64,000 nt of DNA. Origin: a virus. Lineage: Duplodnaviria > Caudoviricetes. A model generated the notes under the pieces. The model saw only the letters and a program-made list of their open reading frames with translations. It had not been told where the DNA came from and ran no database searches. The position numbers and the translations under genes are program-made. This document shows, piece after piece, positions 18,316 through 25,092 of the stretch. Positions within the stretch are counted from its first letter, which is position 1. Every line of letters begins with the position of its first letter. The stretch lies in IMG/VR virus record IMGVR_UViG_3300028048_000054; one strand, given 5' to 3'.

Positions 18316-18465
18316 ACTTAATCGGCTTCACGGTTTAGTCGTGGTGACTTTTTGAGGGGGAGGCGCACCACTTGACCGATTATGAGACATACTTGGTGAG
18401 GGAATAACACCTGTATGTCAACGGGGTATATTTGGTCAATACCCAACCCGTGAGTTACACTAAGT
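18316..18465 (-). ncRNA. putative multi-hairpin ncRNA with C-rich loops
   Basis: closing TCACGG/CCGTGA, three internal hairpins, TTGACC/GGTCAA pseudoknot. Confidence 0.55.
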
Positions 18466-18466
18466 A

Positions 18467-18543
18467 TGGTAGGCGTACTTGGAAGTGCGCCAAGGACCTT
18501 CATCTTATCAGGATGACGCTCTAACTAACTGAGCTATACGCCT
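18467..18543 (-). tRNA. tRNA-Ile(GAT)
   Basis: TCATC-CTGATAA-GATGA, CCA. Confidence 0.88.
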
Positions 18544-19004
18544 ATAAATCTAAATGTGTACCCTTTGTATGACTTCCGTTCCCCTCTACATACGGAACCT
18601 ATGTGATGTTTTGTAACAGGGAAATTCATATCTCTGGCACAATCAGCCATACAATCATAACACTTTCCAGTTTCAATACATATAACTTTACGTGCGTGAA
18701 TGTTGTTTCCACCACAACTTTGTTCGTTTCGTCCACCACAGTTCTTAAAAGTTCCTTTATTTAAGTGTAGTCTTCTGTGGCACGACTTACAAAGTAACAC
18801 ACATTTTTCTAATTCTTTTAGTACTTTAGACTCAGAGTAATTCATTAATTTGCCAATACTAAAATCTTTAGTACTCTCATCTAAATGATGAAACTGTAAA
18901 TTATTGACTGAACCACAGTATGCACAAACTCCACCAAGTAGTTTCTCATACTTTTGTCGGCGTTCTCTATAATAATTTCTAAAGTACTCTTTACTTGCTT
19001 TCAT
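18534..19004 (-). CDS. free-standing HNH endonuclease with NUMOD1-like DNA-binding tail
   Basis: GGVCAYCG...LQFHH...CVLLCKSCH; RKVICIETG...SVCRG.RKSYKGY. Confidence 0.9.
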   Translation of the reverse strand: MKASKEYFRNYYRERRQKYEKLLGGVCAYCGSVNNLQFHHLDESTKDFSIGKLMNYSESKVLKELEKCVLLCKSCHRRLHLNKGTFKNCGGRNEQSCGGNNIHARKVICIETGKCYDCMADCARDMNFPVTKHHIGSVCRGERKSYKGYTFRFIGV

Positions 19005-19009
19005 AAAAC

Positions 19010-19099
19010 TGGCGGAAGACGGAGGACTTGCACCCCAGTGAGTTGCCCCACCAATCTGTTTTCAAGGCAGTTCTCGCACGCTTGTCGAGTTCATCTTCC
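19010..19099 (-). tRNA. tRNA-Ser(TGA)
   Basis: loop CTTGAAA, long V arm, G73 CCA; weak anticodon stem. Confidence 0.8.
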
Positions 19100-19108
19100 A
19101 CTAAACAC

Positions 19109-19137
19109 ATTATACTAAATTTGGTTGTCGTTGTCAA
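19109..19137 (-). promoter_or_regulatory. internal sigma70 promoter of RNA operon
   Basis: TTGACA-17-TATAAT. Confidence 0.85.
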
Positions 19138-19225
19138 GCCCTTCAACTAGCCTGACACAATCTCGTCATACGTCTTTTAGAGAGACATCATCTGAACCGA
19201 TATGCTATTTTACATCAAACGACAA

Positions 19226-19299
19226 TGGTTCGTGGGCTAGGACTCGAACCTAGAATGATGGGACCAAAACCCATAGTGATACCGTTTCACCACTCACGA
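19226..19299 (-). tRNA. tRNA-Gln(TTG)
   Basis: ATGGG-TTTTGGT-CCCAT, U1-A72, CCA. Confidence 0.9.
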
Positions 19300-19307
19300 A
19301 TAAATTT

Positions 19308-19460
19308 ACCTGGTCGATTAGGATTTGCACCTAATAGTTTCCGTGAGTCCGACTTTCTTGTTACATACGGATGTTTTTGTTTATCACTACTCAGGCCACT
19401 CTCGCAGACACCTTTCAAATAAACAGACTCATACACTTTATCTTTTCCGACACGCCAGAT
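19308..19460 (-). ncRNA. tRNA-like RNA with expanded anticodon region
   Basis: acceptor-like stem, T arm ATTAGG-TGCAAAT-CCTAAT, TGAGTCTG/CGGACTCA stem enclosing ~60 nt. Confidence 0.6.
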
Positions 19461-19465
19461 ATTAC

Positions 19466-19579
19466 TTAACTCGGTAAGGATTTGCACCTTACATTGTGGT
19501 ATTATCGATATACCCTGGTGTTTCACGTCCACCAGCCAACTTCTCTTTCAAGCCTTCTACCTATTCAGCCACGAGTTAA
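19466..19579 (-). ncRNA. tRNA-like RNA with two hairpins replacing the anticodon arm
   Basis: TAACTCG/CGAGTTA acceptor, D loop GAATAGGTAGA, T arm GTAAGG-TGCAAAT-CCTTAC. Confidence 0.65.
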
Positions 19580-19582
19580 AAT

Positions 19583-19870
19583 TTATTTTTCTTTCGCAAT
19601 ATCAAAGACTAATAATGCTAAAACACCAAATAAGATGAAAGCACCAATTTTGTCAATGAAAGGTAGTGCTAACCAATTCCAAGCAAACACAGCCAATGCG
19701 ATTGCTGCTAATTTATGCCAAGAATTAAAGATTGCGAAAAAGTAATGTAACAATGCAGCAAAGAATTGTAACACTGCTTTCACTACTTCTTTTACTACTT
19801 TCCATACTTTAACATACCATTTTTCGGATGCCATAGTATTCTCCTTAACTTGCAAACACAGCAGCGGCAA
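19583..19870 (-). CDS. small membrane protein (probable start MASEKW)
   Basis: two to three hydrophobic helices, AGGAG SD. Confidence 0.7.
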   Translation of the reverse strand: MPLLCLQVKENTMASEKWYVKVWKVVKEVVKAVLQFFAALLHYFFAIFNSWHKLAAIALAVFAWNWLALPFIDKIGAFILFGVLALLVFDIAKEK

Positions 19871-20408
19871 TTACGGTAGTCCATACACCATCTGCACAAA
19901 TAGCCGACTGTGTTATATTTGTGGTCTTAACAATCTTACCACTCATTTTCCAAATCTGTTCTTTTTGGTCCCAGGTTGCTTCATTATCAAAGTCTAAACC
20001 TAAAGTTGTAGATAACATTAGTGCTGCTAAATCTTCCGCATAATCACCTGCTTGTTTATCAGTTTCACCAAAAGAGTGGTGTTCAGATAAATAGCCATAG
20101 TGTGAAGAATCTTTAGGAATAGCAACACCAACTGAAGCGGAGACTAATCTGTGTGCTTCATTACAGGTATTTCTACTGATAACACAATGCAAGATTTGTC
20201 CTGGCTTTAATAATTTCACACCTTTATCTTTTGTTATAATTTTACATTTAGGTGGGAAAATACTTGATACTGGAACAATATTGTAGCAAGCAATTTTAGC
20301 ATCTCTCAATGCTTCTTCAAAACTTGCTAATTTTTCTTTATGTCTTCCAATTCCTTTTGTCAGGAATATTTCTTTCGGTACAAATGCTTCGTACATTGTG
20401 CTCTCCAT
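19845..20408 (-). CDS. pdaD: pyruvoyl-dependent arginine decarboxylase
   Basis: SFEEALRDA.IA.YNIVPVSSIFPP (Ser-Ser self-cleavage site), YGYLSEH, WTTVIAAAV. Confidence 0.9.
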   Translation of the reverse strand: MESTMYEAFVPKEIFLTKGIGRHKEKLASFEEALRDAKIACYNIVPVSSIFPPKCKIITKDKGVKLLKPGQILHCVISRNTCNEAHRLVSASVGVAIPKDSSHYGYLSEHHSFGETDKQAGDYAEDLAALMLSTTLGLDFDNEATWDQKEQIWKMSGKIVKTTNITQSAICADGVWTTVIAAAVFAS

Positions 20409-20417
20409 TATTAAAAT

Positions 20418-20494
20418 TGGTCTACGTGGCAGGATTCGAACCTGCGGTCTCGTGAGCCCAAGTCACGCGGATTAACCATCTCTCCTACACGTAG
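20418..20494 (-). tRNA. tRNA-Pro(TGG)
   Basis: CGTGA-CTTGGGC-TCACG, C1-G72, CCA. Confidence 0.92.
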
Positions 20495-20501
20495 ATAAAT
20501 T

Positions 20502-20978
20502 GTCCACTCTTTATTATCCCAGTAAAGAGGGCGAAAACCGTATCCGCTGTTCAACTAGTGTTTCGGATAACCTCAGTAAAGCATCATCAGAGAGGCCTAG
20601 GTGGATTATAAAAGAGGTGGGTTTATTCTGTAATTATCCCACCGACCCTACAGACGGGTGATTATAAAATTTAGATGACTTACTTGCACCCTACTTTGCT
20701 CCGAACGTGCTACTAATCAGGTAGTCGCAGGGTGCATTTCAAGTGTGTTCCGAGTCGTCTATACACAAGGCGATTAACTCTTGCTCCTGGTCAACAAGTA
20801 CTTTTCAGTCACAGTGATACCTTTTTCTGTAGGTAGTATCAAAACCTAAATTATCAAAATGTGGTGAGTCAAATGTTCCACGGCTCACTCACCTAAACCG
20901 TCCAACATTACACGTGCTAGTTGGAACTCTGTTTGCGGGATTACACGGAGGTGGTATGTAATTTAACCGCGAGTTGGA
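20502..20978 (-). ncRNA. chain of ~5 compact structured RNAs between tRNA-Val and tRNA-Pro
   Basis: no ORF; successive closed stems separated by AT-rich linkers, several pseudoknots. Confidence 0.55.
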
Positions 20979-20982
20979 ATGA

Positions 20983-21058
20983 TGGTGGTCCGTGAGGAAC
21001 TCGAATCCCCGACCTTCTGTGTGTAAAACAGACGCTCTACCGACTAAGCTAACGAACC
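20983..21058 (-). tRNA. tRNA-Val(TAC)
   Basis: TCTGT-TTTACAC-ACAGA, CCA. Confidence 0.93.
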
Positions 21059-21080
21059 ATTTACTAATCTATAATAAATA

Positions 21081-21230
21081 GAGAGCAAGGGAAATGGAAT
21101 CGAACCACCACGCCTTCTAAAAATGTAACACTTGTATACAGTAATTTACACAATTAGAATATCCACTCCAGCACCAGCGTTCATTGAATATAGTCCGTAT
21201 ACAAACTATACCAACTAAGGAGTCTTGCCC
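21081..21230 (-). ncRNA. tRNA-like RNA with acceptor/T arm and enlarged core
   Basis: GGGCAAG/CTTGCTC stem, GGTGG-TTCGATT-CCATT T arm, TTGTATACGG/CTGTATACAA internal complementarity. Confidence 0.55.
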
Positions 21231-21236
21231 ATAAAT

Positions 21237-21312
21237 TGGTGGACGCGAACCGAATCGAACGGTCACAAACCATCGTGCAGGGATGGTGCACTCCCAGTTA
21301 TGCTACGCGCCC
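21237..21312 (-). tRNA. tRNA-Ala(TGC), C33
   Basis: G3:U70, CCATC-CCTGCAC-GATGG, CCA. Confidence 0.9.
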
Positions 21313-21314
21313 AA

Positions 21315-22195
21315 TAAGAAGAGATAGTTTTACACCTTATCTCCAAGGGTGGTAGGTTATGGTGAGGTGGCGTTAACAAGGAGCGATTGCCATAACTCAA
21401 ATAGACTCCAACCACCTTGATGTACATCTACTAGTTTTCTACGATAGTTAGTGTGCTGACCATCACAGCCATCTCCACATCCGAGGTGTCTTATAGAGTC
21501 TCTAACTATAGGAATAATTAGATTACTATTCTTAGACGAACTTTCCCATCGAAGTAGAAAATTACAGGTACGATTCTCCCTATATAATTCCCACACCCAT
21601 ACCAGGAAGTGCAGACCAGTTTATTGGTTTATATAAGAAAGTATATATTTTAAAGCGTCCTATACCGAGACACTAGGGACAGGTCTTTGATAAGTGCTGA
21701 GTTGCCCCCGAGACATTTGCACTAAAAATTGTGGGTGATTACCGTACACCCCTACTGACTATGTAGACGTACTTTATTTAGTGCTAAAGTATAAACTCAC
21801 AGGTTATGGTCCCTGACACCCCTTATAGGTACGTATACAAGGTCTGACGGATGCTTGCAGTCCTTGGCGCATCTACCAAGTATTCCTCACCACTTTCTTT
21901 TAGGTAATTACTCCTACTGTACTTATGGACTTCTTGGAAAAATTGTATTGAAGTTCTCCTATTCAATCCTGTAATCAGCAGAGGTGTTTTCTTTAGTCCA
22001 AAAACATAATCTCGTCAGATGTTATGAAGTGTATCTGCAAACACGCAATTGATGATGTAGCACCACCCTGCATTGTATGATTCTCGGATAATGCAGTACC
22101 GAGGGGATTAAGACCATTTTATATGAGTTGTGCAATCCCAAACCGTAATCTCATATCTTATTAAATGGTGATTGGATTCACCTACCAACCACATT
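21315..22195 (-). ncRNA. candidate large, pseudoknot-rich ncRNA
   Basis: ~870 nt without credible ORF; many hairpins and 6-8 bp long-range complementarities. Confidence 0.6.
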
Positions 22196-22196
22196 C

Positions 22197-22566
22197 AGTA
22201 GTAAGCCGAAGGGTGTGTATTTTAACTATGGGTTACACACTACCCACGAAGTACTTCCCATTTTATTGTGTTGTCCGTGACTTCTTAGCCTTTCACAAAG
22301 TTAATAAATCGGCCCAGACCGTCGTAAGGGCTTTTTGAGGTACTACTAATTGGATGTGCTCGATTTGACACCATATTTCATCAGTATTTCACTGACCTTC
22401 CAAGTTTCGTCGGGTTTCAGGTTAAATCCACCCAGTCTCCTCTATCGACTTCTGCTCTCCAGTCCACTTTCAACCTGGTACCTTGGTAGGACCCACACTT
22501 GAGCAAATCTTTTCCATTCTGAGTGGCACGATACACCCTCTGGGTAAATGCTAATGCCACTTAGAA
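22197..22566 (-). ncRNA. two to three further compact structured RNAs
   Basis: TAGTAGTA/TACTACTG-closed domain with pseudoknots (22197-22348); TGCTC/GAGCA-closed domain (~22355-22510); hairpin 22517-22566. Confidence 0.5.
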
Positions 22567-22649
22567 TGGAGCTGGAGGTGGGACTCGAACCCACGGAGCT
22601 TTCGCGACGGTTTACAAAACCGTTCCTATTGCCACTAAGGGACTCCAGC
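22567..22649 (-). tRNA. tRNA-Thr(TGT), atypical long V arm
   Basis: ACGGT-TTTGTAA-ACCGT, G1-C72, C2-G71, U73 CCA, GC-GAAA-GC V arm. Confidence 0.82.
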
Positions 22650-22653
22650 ATAA

Positions 22654-22802
22654 TTATGGAAGAATAATTATAGTGCACTCATATGCTAACCTATGCTCTA
22701 CTCGTTGAGCTACTCCTCTATATCTGGTAGAGGAGATGGGACTTGCACCCACAACCCCAGGTTCCTATTCAGCGAAGTAAGCACCACTACCGCTTTCCAT
22801 AA
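22654..22802 (-). ncRNA. yrlA: Y RNA, YrlA-type (circularly permuted tRNA-like domain)
   Basis: terminal stem AAGCGG...TATTCT; order T arm (GTGGG-TGCAAGT-CCCAT), closed acceptor (CTCCTCTA-CCAGATA-TAGAGGAG), D arm (TAGCTC-AACGAGTA-GAGC); near Ro60 gene. Confidence 0.88.
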
Positions 22803-22806
22803 AATT

Positions 22807-22928
22807 GGTTTGGTGAGAATATTTAAGTTGGGTTTATTGCAATTGGAGTCGAACCAATATTCTCTTAATCTTCAGTTAAGTGTATAACCTTTATACGATG
22901 CAGCCAACTCAACCGCTTCACCAAAATC
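22807..22928 (-). ncRNA. Y-like RNA carrying a non-permuted tRNA-Phe(GAA)-like body
   Basis: same handle (GAAGCGG...CTGCATCG...AATATTCTC); D arm, CTTAA-CTGAAGA-TTAAG, ATTGG-TTCGACT-CCAAT. Confidence 0.8.
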
Positions 22929-22964
22929 GTTTCAAATTGTCAAATATCTTTTCCTAACAAATAC

Positions 22965-22993
22965 ATTATATCATATTTAATTAGTTTTGTCAA
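22965..22993 (-). promoter_or_regulatory. sigma70 promoter upstream of Y RNAs, followed by boxA-like 17-mer (22932-22948)
   Basis: TTGACA-17-TATAAT; GATATTTGACAATTTGA. Confidence 0.85.
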
Positions 22994-22995
22994 GA

Positions 22996-23120
22996 GGGTT
23001 GGGTGTGCGTCCTAAGTTTTTCTGCTTGCAATGCGTACTTCGTTAGGCACTTAACACTAAACCACTTCCCAACCCATTTGTGTACACCCACTCCTGTCTT
23101 GACGACCTGAGCGTCCTACA
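22996..23120 (-). ncRNA. putative structured RNA
   Basis: GGGTTGGG/CCCAACCC-closed domain plus 5' hairpin; TAGGACGC repeated. Confidence 0.4.
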
Positions 23121-23125
23121 TATGT

Positions 23126-23200
23126 TGGCGGTGCTAAGGGTAATCGAAACCCTGACTCGGCATTGACAGTGCCGTATGATAACCACTTCACCATAGCACC
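23126..23200 (-). tRNA. tRNA-Asp(GTC)
   Basis: CGGCA-CTGTCAA-TGCCG, G73 CCA. Confidence 0.93.
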
Positions 23201-23209
23201 AATTAAATC

Positions 23210-23291
23210 TGCCGAAGGTAGGACTCGCACCTACGAAACCCGAAGGTGGCAGATTTACAGTCTGCTGCAATTGCTACTATGCGACTTCGGC
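23210..23291 (-). tRNA. tRNA-Tyr(GTA)
   Basis: GCAGA-CTGTAAA-TCTGC, long V arm, A73. Confidence 0.9.
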
Positions 23292-23362
23292 TTATTGCTG
23301 GGGTCCACAATTTCTTATGGTCCCCGTTACGGTACCTTACATAGTTAGGCCCGCTAAATTCA

Positions 23363-23435
23363 TAGCCCGTAGCAGAGTCGAACTGCTCTCTTATCCGTGA
23401 AAGGGATACATACTAAACCGATATACGAACGAGCC
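23363..23435 (-). tRNA. tRNA-Glu(TTC)
   Basis: TATCC-CTTTCAC-GGATA. Confidence 0.9.
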
Positions 23436-23443
23436 AATAAACT

Positions 23444-25078
23444 TTATTTATGTGTTCTAACTTTTACAATTTTGACAGGTTCTTGATGAATAACTTTTTG
23501 GTTTCCATCAATTCTATCCCAGATGTCAATCATTTGTTTGGCATACAGAGATTCTTTACCTGTCCAACCAGTTAAGATACAGGTTCTGTGTTCATTTTCA
23601 GGGAGTACAGAGTTGTCATAACCTGCTGTTTGTACGGAGAACACATTGACATTTGGATTAACCTTACGTCTATATTCCTGTACCAACTTTAGAACATCAA
23701 TATAGGCTTCATACCCACGACTACCACCATAAGTGTAGTTATGGTACTCACTACCATTTAATCCATACAACCCACCGTGTCCTGCTTGTTGGTCAGAGTA
23801 AATAAAGATGTTGTCATAGTGAATTTTATTGGTAATGGCATCACGGAAGAAAATCCAAATACCATTTTCAGTTGACCCACCTACATAGTTTGAACCACAA
23901 CGACCATAAGTATTATCCATATGTGTCATTTGATTCAAAATACCATCAGTTTTACTTACTGGGTTACCACCTAACTTATCACCAAAGTAATAAACTTCAC
24001 CTTCATCAGAATTTACCGCTGTCATAATAGAGGATAAATTATCGATGTTAGCAATTGTTACACTCCCATATTCAGAGTTAAATGTGTCCCAAGCCGAACC
24101 AGAGTTATCGGATAAGCAAGCAGTTCTTCCTTTTAATTTAGGAAAGTTTGCCATTGCATTATTAATACACATATTCAAGGCATCCATAATTACTGATTTA
24201 CCCTGAAACATCGGCATCTTATCAACAATTTGTAATGCTGTATAATAACGGAAAGGAAATTGTCTACCCTTTTCAACACCACTCAATAACAACTTGGCAA
24301 TTTGTTGTGCTAAATTATAATTGTGTGTTTGTTCCGTAAAAATACCACGCAAGTTTCTCAAGAGTGCCATATGTGGTACGTAGGTAGTTTCTAAAATATC
24401 TGCCCACGATTTTTTCTGCGCTCTTAAAGTTTCCCAAGTTTTTTCTTCGGCTTTGGTTTCAATATTACCAGTTTTCATCAATTCGTTGATGTTTTCATTG
24501 TTTGCGTGGGTAATACGAACCAAGTCAATAATAGAAGCCGTGGTTTTATATTTAGCCAATTGATAACGTGAAAAACCTTCTAATTCTTTTGCCCACACAC
24601 GTTTTAAGATAGTAGGTAAGTGGTTTTTGGTTTTATTGAACATCATCCAGGCTTCAAATTGATTCCAAATGTCGGTGGGGATATTAATAACATCCCGAAT
24701 ACATTTAGACATTAAACCTTTATAATCTTCATTAAATCCTTTGCGGTTTTTGTGCATAGCCGCCCGAATACAAATAATAGCAGGATTTAAGCGCATATTA
24801 TATTCGTTTCTTAATTTAACGGCTAATTCAATGGTTGCTTTAAAATTAAAATCTAATGACACATCAATTGCGGCAATAAATTTTTGTGCGTTTTCATTAA
24901 TACCACCTTTTTCGTAGTATTTAGGTTCCCCAAAGATTGCTGACGCTGCAATCATCTCCAAGTTTAATAATGGATTAACGGTATAACTAATACCATCCAT
25001 ATAATTAACTACTTGTTCCCCTTCGTGTTTTCTGTAATCTGCTTCCGATTTTTTTGCATATGTTTTTAGTCTGCTCAT
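23444..25078 (-). CDS. rsr: Ro60/Rsr TROVE-domain RNA-binding protein
   Basis: YQLAKY, DLVRITH, TWE, MALLRNLR, FPFRY TROVE motifs; vWA MIDAS DNSGS and SDQQ. Confidence 0.92.
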   Translation of the reverse strand: MSRLKTYAKKSEADYRKHEGEQVVNYMDGISYTVNPLLNLEMIAASAIFGEPKYYEKGGINENAQKFIAAIDVSLDFNFKATIELAVKLRNEYNMRLNPAIICIRAAMHKNRKGFNEDYKGLMSKCIRDVINIPTDIWNQFEAWMMFNKTKNHLPTILKRVWAKELEGFSRYQLAKYKTTASIIDLVRITHANNENINELMKTGNIETKAEEKTWETLRAQKKSWADILETTYVPHMALLRNLRGIFTEQTHNYNLAQQIAKLLLSGVEKGRQFPFRYYTALQIVDKMPMFQGKSVIMDALNMCINNAMANFPKLKGRTACLSDNSGSAWDTFNSEYGSVTIANIDNLSSIMTAVNSDEGEVYYFGDKLGGNPVSKTDGILNQMTHMDNTYGRCGSNYVGGSTENGIWIFFRDAITNKIHYDNIFIYSDQQAGHGGLYGLNGSEYHNYTYGGSRGYEAYIDVLKLVQEYRRKVNPNVNVFSVQTAGYDNSVLPENEHRTCILTGWTGKESLYAKQMIDIWDRIDGNQKVIHQEPVKIVKVRTHK

Positions 25079-25092
25079 TTCTAATCTCCTAA

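Noticed and set aside
16578-19004. Additional group I introns around the other HNH genes
   Set aside because: Flanking tRNAs are complete and no P/Q/R/S core is present
20560-20595. Hammerhead ribozyme (CTGATGA...GAAA)
   Set aside because: No stem II can form between the two core motifs
22370-22415. Permuted hammerhead (GAAAC...GTC...CTGATGA)
   Set aside because: Stems I and II have mismatched closing pairs; a local TCAGT/ACTGA hairpin explains it better
21315-22566. tmRNA or RNase P RNA
   Set aside because: No Ala-type acceptor/T arm ends or tag ORF, and no GAGGAAAGTCC/P4 consensus seen
18043-23348. Short ORFs in the track overlapping the RNA operon (e.g. 18043, 18318, 19225, 19287, 21357, 22442, 22693, 23043, 23163)
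   Set aside because: They overlap tRNAs or structured RNAs, lack SDs and have atypical composition
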